Shown: one piece after another, positions 1-13,017 of the stretch
How positions within the stretch are numbered: position 1 is the stretch's first letter
Layout of the letters: the number at the start of each line of letters is the position of its first letter
Assembly (NCBI GenBank): GCA_964188305.1
Contig: OZ076894.1
Strand: one strand, 5' to 3'
DNA from: Podarcis bocagei
Taxonomy: Eukaryota
DNA: 64,000 nt
Translations under genes and position numbers: made by a program
Notes under the pieces: generated by a model
Told to the model about the DNA's origin: nothing
Databases searched by the model: none
What the model saw: the letters and a program-made list of their open reading frames with translations, nothing else

Positions 1-989
1 TATTTCACATTTTACATTGGTGAAGAAAGAATATTGCTCCTCCTTTCATCCTTGTCTTGATGCAAAATTAGAAATCCTCTTCTGCTTATTTGGAATTTGC
101 TTGCTGTGGTGATTCAGATAGGAAATTAAAATCTCATTTTCTACCAACACTTCTTCCAGGGAAACCTAATCATGCCAATCTTTGCAGATAATAAATACAT
201 GGGGGATAAAAATGTATCCAAAGGGCATTCTTCTTGTGAAATAAAAATTAAAATAAAAGGATTCATGCTTATTAATAGAGCTGCTCTTTTCTGCCTGCTT
301 CTCTTATAGGCAAATTGTATGGTTTGTTCCCAAGGAGAAATTAATCTAATGTAATGACTTTGTCTCCTTTTTCTGACTCCCAAGTTTAATTTTCCCCTCT
401 TTTTATTTTATTTTTATTCTTGGCTTTTATTACATTTCACAGACTTTCCTAATGGTGTTATGAATTGACATGTGTTGTTGCTGTTTTTTGGTTTTTTTAC
501 TTTATCATTCATGTTTGCTCTTTTAGTATTATTACAGATTTGTTTTTGGAAAACCAATGAACTCTGCATAAGAAAACACTGTGTGGCACTGTTATATTGT
601 TACATTGGTTTGATACATAGCTCTGCTCCTTTTTTCTTTCTTTTTTCCTAGAGCACTGTTGATTGTTTGTTTTGACTTTTTATTTCCCTGCTCCACTTTC
701 AAACGCCTAATTTAATGCTAAATGTGCCTCCATTAATGAGCTCTGCAATTGTCATTAGTGTTTCAGGGCAGTAAAATCCTGACAGTAAGAATGACAAAGT
801 AGGCTATTCATCTGCCCATGGGGAAATCACACACAAGTGAAGATAATCAGATACTACTTTAAAGCATAATTTTAGCCCCCCACTGCCAGTTTCACCTTGC
901 GATCAACACCAAATAAGTGAAACAATGCTATGTTTCTGATGATGAAGAGACACCAGCTGTACATTCATAAGGAATGTATGTTTCCGAGC

Positions 990-1351
990 ACAATTCAAAG
1001 TGTTGGTGCTGACCTTTGAAACCCTAAATGGCCCAGTATACCTGAAGGAGTATCTTCACCCCCATCATTCTGCCCAGACACTGAGGTCCAGCTCCAAGGG
1101 CCTTCTGGCGGTTCCCTCACTGAGAGAAGTGAGGTTACAGGGAACCATGCAGAGGGCCTTCTCGGTAGTGGCTCCCGCCCTGTGGAATGCCCTCCCACCA
1201 GATGTCAAGGAGAGAAACAACTACCTGACTTTTAGAAGACATCTGTTCAGGTAAGTTTTTAATGTCTGGTGGTTTATTGTATTTTTAATATTCTGTTGGG
1301 AGCCACCCAGAGTGGCTGGAGAAACCCAGCCAGATGGGCAGGATATAAATC

Positions 1352-1397
<46 letters not shown>
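990..1397 (+). mobile_element. L2 LINE 3' fragment with (TAT)n tail
   Basis: KVLVLTF..L.GPVYL...RAFSVVAPALWNALP; CCCAGAGTGGCTGG 3' UTR. Confidence 0.8.
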
Positions 1398-1463
1398 GCT
1401 TGTGATAGTATCGGGGCAGTTATACGGAATCCCTCTTTCAATACTGTTTGTGCCTGAAAAAAG

Positions 1464-1649
1464 TTTACCTTCCCGCCGGAGCGGTACCTATTTATCTACT
1501 TGCACTTTGACGTCCTTTGGAACTGCTAGGTTGGCAGCAGCAGGGACTGAGCAATGGGAGCTCACCCCGTCATGGGGATTCGAACCTCCAACCTTCTGAT
1601 CGGCAAGTCCTAGGCTCTGTGGTTTAACCCACAGTGCCACCCGCATCCC
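1464..1649 (-). mobile_element. Sauria SINE 5' half
   Basis: Matches the 5' part of the full copies at 11.4, 13.9, 17.7 and 21.4 kb. Confidence 0.85.
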
Positions 1650-2146
1650 GGTGTGTGTGTGTAAATGTATGTAAATAAACCATTTATCCAAATGATACCA
1701 TGGTCTCTACTGTACCTCATTTCCAAAAGGAAACACAAACCCTGGGTAAGTGTCTGGGATCCCCTGAAACTTGGACCAGTCAGAGGCTGGGGTGGTGTGC
1801 AACATTGTTTTAGCAGTGCTTTAATCAGACCTGAATTGTTCTTCGGTATTACTTACTGTTTGTTTATAGTGATTTATTTCCAGATATACTTCCTCTGGGT
1901 ATTTTCAGGAAAAGCTGTCCTAGTTATAAGCACAAGGAAGTGATCATACAAGTAGATGGCAAAATGGCTCCACTGATGCCAATCTTTGAAGAATGGAATT
2001 GGCTCAAAATAAGAGAACTTTTCCCTGGTGAAGGCATGGTGCTCACTTATGCTGCAAAGAAGGAGCAGAGGAAAAAGACAAGTGCGTTCATTTTCATCTT
2101 TAAACAAAACTTGGGTGCATATCTTCCAACATTTCTCTGATGAAAA

Positions 2147-2532
2147 TCATTGTTTAGTCGTGTCCGACTCTTCGTGACCCCATGGACCAGAGCACTCCAG
2201 GCACTCCTGTCTTCCACTGCCTCTCGCAGTTTGGTCAAACTCATGTTAGTAGCTTCGAGAACACTGTCCAACCATCTCGTCCTCTGCCGTCCCCTTCTTG
2301 TGCCCTCAATCTTTCCCAACATCAGGGCCTTTTCCAGGGAGTCTTCTCTTCTCATGAGGTGGCCAAAGTACCGGAGCCTAAGCTTCACAATCTGTTCTTC
2401 CAGTGAGCACTTAGGGTTGATTTCCTTCAGAATGGATAGGTTTGATCTTCTTGCAGTCCATGGGACTCTCAAGAGTCTCCTCCAGCGCCATAATTCAAAA
2501 GCATCCATTCTTCGGTGATCAGCCTTCTTTAT
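2147..2532 (-). mobile_element. Bov-B/RTE LINE 3' fragment
   Basis: ORF2 C-terminal peptide [20 protein letters not shown]...YFGHLMRR. Confidence 0.9.
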
Positions 2533-3817
2533 GGGATGTCCCATTCCATAATGATAATTTTATACCCTGCCCTTCTGATTGGGTTCCCCCAGCCACTCTG
2601 GGCAGCTTCCAACATATATAAAAACACAACAAAACATTAAACATAAAAAACACTTCCCTATACAGGATTAGATCAGGGGGTCAGATAACTCCATACCCTC
2701 CAACATGTCTCCAGTGAAAATAGGGACATCCTAAGGAAAAGTGGGACATTCCAGTATCAAATCAGAAACCAGGGTGGCTTCTCTAAATCAGGGGCATCCC
2801 TGGATAATAGGGACACTTAAAGGGTCTCTCTGTGTGTGTGTGTTTGAAAAAATCTGGATGCAGACAGCTTGGTGGTAAACAGAACCTTAAAATGAATGAG
2901 ACTAATAAACTTGCTAACAAAGGTAATGAAGCTGCCTGCTGTTGCTTTTAATTGGGATTGATTAATTGTGGCCCAGATAATGAAATAAGAAAATAGGGCT
3001 GCTGAGAGACCATTTCATACAATGTATTGCAGGCGGACAAAGAGCAAAAAAGAAAGGAAACCAAAGAGAGTCACCAGAAATAGCAGGAGATTTACAGTGC
3101 TCTCTGCTCAAAAGTTTCATCTAGGACTCTCCTGAGCAGTTTCAGTTATCTAAACAGCATCCCGAAAGTGTGGGATACTTTATTCATTTCCTTTTTATAA
3201 AAAATGGTCTTGTGGTCCCTACCTGTGCAGCCATATAAGAGTGTAGTCTCGCAATATAAGTGTGAAGCCACAAATAGATATTTGGAGGGGGGGTGAATTC
3301 AAGTTATCACTGCCTCCTGCGAAAGTGAGTTCCGCAGTTTAACCACACACTGCATGAATAAGCACTTTTTACCTGTCCTGAATCTTATAACAGTCAGCTT
3401 CCTTGGTTGTCCACAAACACTGCTGATCATGAACAATCTTGTTTCTTATTTTTTCCAGCATACAAGATGTGACATGAAGGGAACTTGCTTTCAATAATGT
3501 TGATTGCATTGTTGGACTAACTGATTATTATTTTTTAAGGTTTTCAAGGGATAAATCCATATATATAAACAATGACCAAACAAACAAAATCATCTCAGAA
3601 CATCCATCTTTCTGATTAAATGTTTTCAGTAGCATGTCTATCCCTGGATAATAAAATATGATTTCAACCTTCCTAATGATTTTTAATCTTAACTGTTCTT
3701 TTCCTCCCTTCCTGAAAAGTGGGAAAATTTCACCATGTGTTCCAACCCCCTTTTTGACCAGCCCTCAAACAAAGAGCTCTCAGTCTCTTTCCCTGTTTTA
3801 AGCAATTTCTAGCTTTG

Positions 3818-4255
3818 AGATAGTGATGTATGGAAGTGAGAACTGGACCATAAAGAAGGCTGACCGCCAAAGAATTGATGCTTTTGAATTATGGTGCTGG
3901 AGAAGACTCTTGAGAGTCCCATGGACTGCAAGAAGATCAAATGTATCCTTTCTTAAGGAAATCAGCCCTGAGCGCTCACTGGAAGGACAGATCGTGAAGC
4001 TGAGGCTCCAAGACTTTGGCCACCTCATGAGAAGAGAAGATTCCCTGGAAAAGACCCTGATGTTGGGAAAGATTGAGGGCACAAGGAGAAGGGGATGACA
4101 GAGGATGAGATGGTTGGACAGTGTTCTCGAAGCTACTAATATGAGTTTGACCAAACTGCGGGAGGCAGTGGAAGACAGGAGTGCCTGGCGTGCTCTGGTC
4201 CATGGGGTCACAAAGAGTTGGACACGAATAAATGACTAAACAACAACAACAACAA
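3818..4255 (+). mobile_element. Bov-B/RTE LINE 3' fragment with (CAA)n tail
   Basis: [29 protein letters not shown]; caa tail. Confidence 0.9.
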
Positions 4256-4303
4256 GCTTTGCGGTATAACTGAGCTATTTATCATTGCACCATGAATGTA
4301 GCC

Positions 4304-4360
4304 GGAAGGAAGGAAGGAAGGAAGGAAGGAAGGAAGGAAGGAAGGAAGGAAGGAAGGAAG
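4304..4360. repeat. (GGAA)n microsatellite
   Basis: Direct read. Confidence 0.95.
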
Positions 4361-4379
4361 AGGTATGTACGTGATTAAT

Positions 4380-4565
4380 TTACTGTGTCCCAGCTTTCCT
4401 CCATGAGGCTCAAGGTTCTCTTCCTCCCCATTTTATGCTCACAACAACCTTGTGAGGTAGGCTAGGCTGAGAGACTGTCACTGGCCCAAGGTAGCCCAGT
4501 GAGTTTCATGGCTGAGCAGGAATTTGAAACCTAATCTCCCAGGTCCTAGTCAGACACACTAACCC
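4380..4565 (-). mobile_element. Older tRNA-derived SINE (related copies at ~44985-45165 - and ~35578-35735 +)
   Basis: Shared CACAACAACC(C/T)TGTGAGGTAGG core and B box. Confidence 0.6.
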
Positions 4566-4872
4566 AGCATCTGTTGCATCAGCTTAGTGGCAGTATTCAC
4601 CCCTCCGCCCACCACCAGTCCTCTGCTAGCATAACAGGAATTGCTCAGTCTTTCTTTTTAAAAATATTTCTATTTTTCAAACCTCTGTTAAACTCCTAGT
4701 TACCCCCACACTGCTATTTCGATTGCAATAACTGAAGGTCATATCTGGCCTGGCCATATTGAAAGAAGGGAGAGGGATCCATTCTTCCACATATTTCCAG
4801 ATATTTGGGAGTATATCCTAAAGCAGGGAGATCCATAATCTTTTCCCCAGAATTTTTTGCAAAGTTCTACAT

Positions 4873-4880
4873 TAATAATA

Positions 4881-4931
<51 letters not shown>
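4873..4931. repeat. (AAT)n microsatellite (tail of an inverted L2-type 3' end)
   Basis: Direct read. Confidence 0.9.
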
Positions 4932-4932
<1 letters not shown>

Positions 4933-5063
4933 TATTTACATCCTGCCCTCCCCAGCCGAAGCCGGGCTCAGAGCGGCTAACAACAATTATGGAGCTAATT
5001 TTAAAATATGACAGTAAAAGACATGTGAGATTTGACCTCTATCTAAACTTAAATGATTTCTTA

Positions 5064-5315
5064 CAGTGTGGTGTAGTGGTTAAGAGCGGTGGACTTGTAA
5101 TCTGGGGAACCGGGTTCGCGTCTCCGCTCCTCCACATGCAGCTGCTGGGTGACCTTGGGCCAGTCACACTTCTTTGAAGTCTCTCAGCCCCACTCACCTC
5201 ACAGAGTGTTTGTTGTGGGGGAGGAAGGGAAAGGAGAATGTTAGCTGCTTTGAGACTCCTTAAAGGGAGTGAAAGGCGGGATATAAAATCCAAACTCTTC
5301 TTCTTCTCTTCTTCT
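5064..5315 (+). mobile_element. tRNA-derived squamate SINE (Squam3-like) with (CTT)n tail
   Basis: A box TGGTGTAGTGG, B box GGTTCG, CTT tail. Confidence 0.7.
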
Positions 5316-8300
5316 TTATCCCAGCTAAAAGCGTTTTAACTAACAGACTTTGATCTATATTTTGAGGCTAATGTCTTCTTTTATACCAGAATAATGTTCT
5401 TAATGGGATTTCCAAACTGTGCTGTTCCTATTAGAGCAGAGGTGATTCAGTTTTATATAGAAACCAAGTTGCCATGGCTACTATTTGTGGCAAATAACTG
5501 CTCAATATGGGGGTAGGGAGCATTTATTCCTCCATTCTTCCTAGGCCACATTTCCCTGAATATAAAAGACTGAATAGGCAACAGTTGATGAATAAACTAA
5601 AGTACTGATCCATGGCTTCTTTTCTGACTATCCCTGTTTACCTTGTAAGAAGAAACAAGAATGCCCATTGTTTGCTCTTCCCCATGCAGTCAAATGATGA
5701 TGTGCATTAGACAAAATCACCTCACAAAAGGAATGACAATATTTACCCCCAAAAAAACCATGAATATAAAATAAGTTCGGAATATGGGATACTGCAAAAT
5801 GTCTAGGTTTGTTTTTGACTGAATTTATTGACATGGTTGAGGTGTAGAGAGAAGAAAAAGAAACTATGAGGCAGGAGTTTTAAAAAGCAGAAGGGATACA
5901 TGGCAGCCTCCGAGACGTCTTACTGAAGTGACCCAAACCACAAGGAATTAAATTAGATTTGGACCAGACAGCCTGTCAAATAGAGGAGGCAGGACACCTG
6001 GATACAGACAATAATGTCAAGATGCGTTCCCTAGGGGTGGTCCCAGTTGACAGCCTAGCCCTTGTGTTCTAACAGAAGTTTCCAACATGGACTGGAAGTC
6101 AATCCCATGTACAACACATTGCAGTAACCATGCTGGATGGAGCTGATTAGAGTTGTATTCCAAACCTCTGGAAGGGAACAGATTGGAGAAAGCTGCAGTA
6201 ACTAAATCTGGAGGTTATCAGAGTATGCAGGCCTCTCAGAGAACAAGGGAAGTGTTCGTGGTGAGTTCCGATTCTTCTTTTTCTAGAAAAATAGCACTGA
6301 AAGCATTGCTTTTTTTCTTTAAAAAAAATGTTTAGGCATATTCTCATTTTCCTACCCGTATTGAAATACTGCCCCTCAAAGAGGCCAAACTTAGATTCAC
6401 AAAATGTTTAGGAGTAGGGGTACCCCCGGGGGGGGAAGCACTGACTGAGAGTATGGATAACTCTGGTTTCTATGGATATGCATGAAGGCCTCTTTCCCAG
6501 TTACAAAGAGGTGTGTAGAGCAATGATAGATCATAGGTTATGTTACAGTGTAGGGTGTCCTTATAGAATTTTCAGGAGTAGATTGTGGGGGGTGGGTCTA
6601 TTTTTTAATCAATCAGTAAACCACAAGGGAAACCCGCTATTTATTTTGCATTCACCAGGTCCAGAACTCCTGAAAAGCATTTTGCTTTTATTCTGTAATG
6701 CATATCCTGCCTTTCCTCTGAGACAGAAAGCAACTCCAAGATGACTAATTACTAGACCTACCTCTGTTGTGCTTTTCCAGATTCACTTGATATTCAGCGT
6801 CTAGGTCAAGCCACAATTTCTCAGTCTATTAAAAAGCTGGGAAATTGGCCAGATCGGTTGGATCCACTGTGGGGATCTAGGGAAAGGAACTCCCTCTAGG
6901 GGAATTGCAAAGAAAAAGCTACCTAGATGTGAGATCCAGGATTCCCACTGCCGTTTCTGCACTTTAATCATCACTTGGTAGGAAATCAAACTTTTGTCCC
7001 CCAGCAGGTTAACACCAAATTCACAGCCCATGAAATTTTAATTAGTGTAGTTCCATATTCTAAGGGGGTAGTCATCAATTGAGTTTAAAACTTCCAAACA
7101 CAGTGTTTTGTGGGCATTTTTCCCATAGCTGATTAAGGTATAATAAGCTAAAAAAAATTAGATCCCAATGACAGGTATACAAAAAAACCCAGTGATTTAT
7201 ACAAGAGCTACATTTTTCTGACACTATTGGTTATTTGACTAAATATCTAAGAGAAATGCCTCTTCCAATACCATACAAAAGGTCAGTTTTCTTTGCCGGG
7301 GAAGAAACCCAAAGATCCAATCACCTCTTTTCTCTAGATCTGATACAGGAAGTCAATTTTAACAAAACTCACAATCCAACACATTTAAGCCCATCTAAAT
7401 CAATGGACTCATCCCTGCTTCCCTCTGAAATGGATAGGGATCAGCAACTCAACCACCAGTTTCTAACAATAGGATCCACATCAGTGTACTAATTGCCTAT
7501 CCAGCAATTCCCAATTAGCTAAATACTGCAGACCCCCCTGTTTTTCGAAAGCCAAGCCATAGACCCCCTACTTCTGAAAATTTTGATATCTTTATGGTAG
7601 TTGGGTTACACAGACCCCTGGTTTCTGCAAACCACCAGTTGGGAACCATTGGTCTATACCGAAAGTGATCTTTGTTCTCCAAGTGTTGGCCCTTGTTTTG
7701 CCAAAAGGGAGGTTATCAGCAGACTTAAGGAAACCCTAAGTACGAAAAGTATTGTGGGTGGCAAACCTAAGGAGACAGGACTCCAATAACAGCCCAACGA
7801 TGACTGAACATGCTCAGCAGACACTGAATGCCGACTGACCAGGGACTGGAGGAGATGGGGAGAAAACTGAAGGAATGTAGCAGAATGGAGTGGATGGAAT
7901 CCTGAAAAGGAAGACCTCCTTGTGGCAAGATGTTGCCGCAGAGCCCTCTTGTATGTGGCCATTGTGTTGTGGTAAACACTTCATTTCATTTTAGATTTCT
8001 GCAACACTTTAGACAGCCATGGGGGAAAAAACCACAGTTACGTGAAGACATTGGAATGGATGGCAACAAAAGCAGATCCCTGCTGAACTTGTAAAAGCTC
8101 TTCGCAGAATTGTTTGAATAAGCCCTCAGAACTTGCACAGAGAAGTAAATGGTAACCATGGGTTGCCAAGGAGCTTGTGGCAGAAAAACTGCAGAATCAC
8201 AGAAAGGCAAACTTGAAATGGCAGTAGCAACCACATCTCTTCACAGCTATGCCCCTTTTAACCATCTAAGATTATACAATAATCTTATAAATTAACAATA

Positions 8301-8769
8301 ATAATTAGGGTTGCACTGCAATGATTGATGCTGATCTGCATGTGTTGCCTTTCAGCTAGATCTACTATTTTCTGTGCACATATGGTACATGGCCAAAAGA
8401 TTTGGAGGACTCCAACTTCTTCTTTCAGGGCGACTTAAGTTGGGCTCTCCTTGAAGTCCCATTGTACATAACAGAACTTGCATGCAATTCCCTTGAAATG
8501 GGAGCAGCTCGCGTTTTCAGTGTTTCCAAATGGTTAGCTTTGGAGCATACAGAACAACTCCTCCTTCTATGAGTTCTTCCTTTGCACCTTCCCCAGAGTG
8601 ACCCTCGGAGTCAATCCTCATTGGCTGACTCACCTCTGTTCACTCTGATTGGCTTCAGTCAGCCCAAAGTGTGAAACCCCTATTCCTTTCACAGAGCTAC
8701 CATTTCCAGAGTGGTCAATTCTTCTTCCCAGGGAACTCTGTCAAGTGTATCTCTGTGAGGGGAATAGAG

Positions 8770-9581
8770 TAGGGTTGTCAGACATCCCCGTTTCCCAGGG
8801 ACAGTCCCCAAATTTGCGTATAAGTCCCCGGACAAATTCCATCCCCGGGGATGGAATGTCCCCGGATTTCATCTAATGTCCCCGGGAAATGCAGCCCGGA
8901 GCAGTTGGCTCTGGCTGGCTTCAGGAGCTGCTCGGAAGTCCCCATATGATGGTGGTGCAGGGGTTGTAAGATGCAGCTTCCGGGCTGCCTCCACCTTCCC
9001 TGACCCCAGCAACTAAGCTGTGAAGGGAGGCTTCATGCTGCCTATCAGAGCAGCCTCCCAACTCCTACTTGCATGCAAGCAGGAGCAGGGTGGGGATCTC
9101 TCGGCTATGAAGGGAGGCTTCACACTGCCTATCAGAGCTTGCATGCAAGCAGGAGGGGACAGGGATCTCTCAGTTAGGCAACGGGAAGCCTCCCTTCACA
9201 ACTGAGGGATCCCCGCCCCCTCCAGCCTGCACACAAGTAGGAGTGGGATTGGGGCTGCTCCGATGGGAAGAAAGGCATTGCGATGCCCAAGCCTCACCGC
9301 TGCCGCTCTAGGCCCTCCTTCTCCGCTTTCCATGCCTGAACTACCGCACACCACTTCCCCACTACCACCACCAAAGAACCAACAACTCAGGGGCTGCCCA
9401 GGCTCATGGAGAAAGGAGATAGAAGCCTTGAAGGAAGGGAAAACGTAGCAGTTGAGGTCAAGGCGGCGGCCGCCCCTCTGCCACCGCTATCGCTGCAGCA
9501 TCAACGTCCCAAACGTGTAGCATTAATTTATTTAATTAATCAACGTGTCCCCGGATTCATTGAAAAAATCTGGTAACCTTA
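8770..9581. mobile_element. hAT (Blackjack-like) non-autonomous element nested in an older repeat
   Basis: TIRs TAGGGTTGTCAGA / TCTGGTAACCTTA; 8-bp TSD GAATAGAG. Confidence 0.8.
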
Positions 9582-10542
9582 GAATAGAGGTCTCCTAAGT
9601 ACTCCCAGCCCCCTTAACAAACTACGGCTCCCAGAACCCTTGGGGGGAAGCCATGGCTATTTAAAGTGGCACCATAGAATTTTGAAGACATGATGTGAAT
9701 GCAGCCGAAATAAAGTCTGCTACGAACTTTTCGTTTTTGCTTTTCAGAATGCCCACCCCACTCCCATTTTTAACCTTGCAACCAAGGCCTGAACTTGGAA
9801 ACCTATACCGGGCCTACTTAGCTGCCTGGTGGGCATACTAACTACCACTCCATTCAGGCTTGGCCTTCATCTGAAACTAAAGTGCATCCTCCCAGGAAGG
9901 ACTGGGATATTAACACAATGTACCATGCCTGCAATTTCCTCTCTTCCCTTGTATCAATAGCCAGCACTGTGAGCTTCCCCTCGAATGCTAATCAGCTGGT
10001 CTCACTAGCAGATGGCCCAACAGCTGCCCAGCTTATATAGAAACCATGCTGCATCCCTCCTTGGAAAAGTGTTCCCTTTGGTAGGACTGGCAGTGGGCTG
10101 GGTGGGTGGGAAAGAAGATAATGGAGAGAGATCGAGAGATCAGTATTGACCAATTCTCCATTTGGAAGGAGCAGAGAGCAGAAAGCAAACAGCTCCATGA
10201 AATAAAGAGGAACCCTTGTTGCAAATTGGCACGGCTATTGTTTCTGGCAGAGCTGCAGCCCTATTTGAATCCCATCCCATGTATTTAAGGGAGCTTGCCC
10301 CATTTTGTATGAGGTTAGCCTAACAAATGTTTACATGAGATAGAGTACTTTGCAGAGCAACTAATACCTATCTGCTGTAATCAACTGCTATTTTTTATTC
10401 ATGGAAGAACTCTGGCGATGTGACCACACTGCCTAAAATCTGTGTGACTTGCCATCCTGATGGAAAGTGTGTTGAGGCTCATATAAATGATACAGCCAGC
10501 CATCATTATAACTTCTTGGGAGAGTCATTGTCCAGCCACGTA

Positions 10543-10800
10543 CCATATTTTGTGCTCTATAAGACTCACTTTTTCCCTCCTAAAAAGAAAGGAGAAATGT
10601 GTGTGCATCTTATGGAGCGAATGCAGGCTGCGCAACTATCCCAGAAGCCAGAACAGCAAGAGGGATCGCTGCTTTCACTGCGCAGCAATCCCTCTTGTTG
10701 TTCTGGCTTCTGAGATTCAGATTTTTTTTTTCTTGTTTTCCTCCTCCAAAAACTACGTGCGTCTTATGGTCTGGTGCGTCTTATAGAGCGAAAAATACAG
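10543..10800. mobile_element. Short copy of the same Tc2/pogo-like MITE with one internal hairpin
   Basis: Similar TIRs and subterminal sequence to 37999-40444; TA flanks; ~31-bp stem at 10642-10712. Confidence 0.8.
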
Positions 10801-11069
10801 TACTTCTGAACCTGTGCCCTCTTTTAGTTGTCAGATGCCACTGTCTGCTTCCGCTGGAGGGGATGGCTGGAGATGGAGCATTAGCATTGAAGCAGCTCAG
10901 ACTTGCATTAATATATTTATTGGGTTTTTTCAACAGTATAATAATAATCACAAGCAAAACAACACTTGGAGTACGCCATATACATTTCTTCAAATACATT
11001 TGGTATAGTTAAAGTACACATGCAGACAAGTCGGTGTTGGATTAGGCCTCTCCACAATAAAACATAAAA

Positions 11070-11215
11070 CCATAGAATTGTAGTATTGCAAGAAACCCTG
11101 ATTATCATCTGGTCCAACCCTCTGCAATGCAGAAATATGCAGCTGTCCCATACGGGGATCGAACCTGCAACCTTGGCATTATGGGCACCATGCTCCAACC
11201 AACAGAGCTATCTGG
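11070..11215 (-). mobile_element. tRNA-Ile-like head + CR1-tail SINE (second copy ~23143-23260 +)
   Basis: TAGCTC..TTGGTTGGAGCATGGTGC..ATAATGCCAAGGTTGCAGGTTCGATCCCCGTA followed by CTGCATTGCAG.GGGTTGGAC. Confidence 0.65.
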
Positions 11216-11436
11216 GATGTCATGTGGCACAGGCAGTTGTAATGCTGGTGCAGATTGTTGGCCCAATCTATATAAGAGCTGGAGGCTCTTTTCCTTCCAG
11301 AAAGTAAGTACAGCCAATCGTTAAGGATGATGGGGTCCCATGTCCAGCAACAGGGGGGGGGCACTGTTTCCCCTGCCCTAATAGCGCTGAGAAAAAGGCT
11401 GAGGGAAAAGTAGGTAGTATCTAAGTAGCATTTAAA

Positions 11437-11789
11437 GTAAAGGTAAAGTTAAAGGGACCCCTGACCATTAGGTTCAGTCACGGACGACTCTGGGGTTGCG
11501 GCGCTCATCTTGCTTTATTGGCCAAGGTAGCCGGTGTACAGCTTCCGGGTCATGTGGCCAGCATGACTAAGCCGCTTCTGGCAAATCAGAGCAGCAGATG
11601 GAAATGCCGTTTACGTTCCCGCCAGAGCGGTACCTATTTATTTACTTGCACTTTGACAAGTACTGCTAGGTTGGCAGGAGCAGGGGCCTAGCAACAGGAG
11701 CTCACCCCGTCACGGGGATTCAAACCGCCGACCTTCTGATCGGCAAGTCCTAGGCTCTGTGGTTTAACCCACAGTGCCACCCACGTCCC
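11437..11789 (-). mobile_element. Sauria SINE, full length, TSD AGCATTTAAAGTAA
   Basis: tRNA-like head, ACCTTT-type tail, direct repeats on both sides. Confidence 0.9.
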
Positions 11790-12039
11790 AGCATTTAAAG
11801 TAAGTGTGCATAAATATGGAAGGAAAGAGAAGTCAGATATTCCAAAGGTCAGTAAAGAGCTTTTCAATCAGATGTCCACTCCACAGCCCTTCACAATTCT
11901 TGCTAGCATCTATCTGTCTCAGGAGACAATGGAGGAGTGTGAATTTGTAGGTGAAGTCAAACTGTTAGAAGGTTACAGCATCTGCTGTGCCTGTAGAGAC
12001 TGATACAGCATCTGCTGTGGTTGTAGAGACTATCTACTG

Positions 12040-12172
12040 CAGGCTTCCTCAAACTCAGTCCTCCAGATGTTTTGAGACTACAATTCCCATCATCCCTGAC
12101 CACTGGTCCTGCTAGCTAGGGATCATGTTGTAGGCCAAAAAATATCTGGAGGGCCGAGTTTGAGGAAGCCTG
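12040..12172. mobile_element. hAT-like MITE (~135 bp)
   Basis: TIR CAGGCTTCCTCAAACTC/GAGTTTGAGGAAGCCTG; near-identical to 14856-14991. Confidence 0.8.
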
Positions 12173-13017
12173 ATAAGCAAGCCAAATCGAAAGCATTATT
12201 GTTTTAGTAGCATTTTGCCTTGATAACTTCTAAATGCAGAATCTTTGCCACTACCCTGTGTCAATCTCAACTTACCGGTAATTTACTGAACACAGTGCTA
12301 AGGGTGGGGTGGCTGGTTCTATTTATTACAGCCAACAAGAAAATCAGAATTATTGTTTCAAAACTGCTGAGTTTCTTTTCCTGCTGATGTATTTCACGAT
12401 TTCAGTCTTTAAACGGGTTCTTTTGATATCTGCGATTGCTTCTGAACCATTAAGTCAAACTCTCCACTTCGTAAACTTCAAACAGCTATTTGTGCTTCTG
12501 CAGCCATTTTTGAAGGTGTGAAGCATACAAAGGAAGAAAAATGAACTCAGTAATGTACCTGAAAAGAGTCAGAAGAATCCTATAACCTTTATTTCTTTCT
12601 TATGCACATTCGAGGTAATTCAGGCAAAGCTGTATAACAAAGTGGATTGGAATTTTTGAAACCTCACTCATAGTCAGTTTGAATGCTGTCATTATGTTTT
12701 TCCTGTTAAAAAGACGTTCATCTGAACATAGGAAGAGCCCTGTGGGATCAAACCAAAAGCCTATCGAGCCCAGAAACCTCTTTCCTACAAGCCAACCTCT
12801 GAGTGGCTGAAAATACCTCTCTGCCATTGTTGTTCTCCAGTAACTGGTAGAGCCACAAATCTGTCTAATCCCCTTTTAAATCCAAGTAGGTGGAAGTTAT
12901 ATCTTGTGGAAGCAAAATTCTGTACTTTAACTGGGTGGAGATGCACTTCCTTTTGTCTCTCTCAACTTCACTGGATGATAGCTAATATGGGTGATATGGC
13001 AAATTGTCCTATCCATG

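Noticed and set aside
11130-11215. Possible tRNA-Ile gene (also a tRNA-Lys-like sequence at 24782)
   Set aside because: Degenerate stems fused to a CR1 tail; these are SINE heads.
12275-12558. Exon-like segment on the - strand (good acceptor and donor)
   Set aside because: Stops in all three frames and no partner exons; a lncRNA exon cannot be supported from sequence alone.
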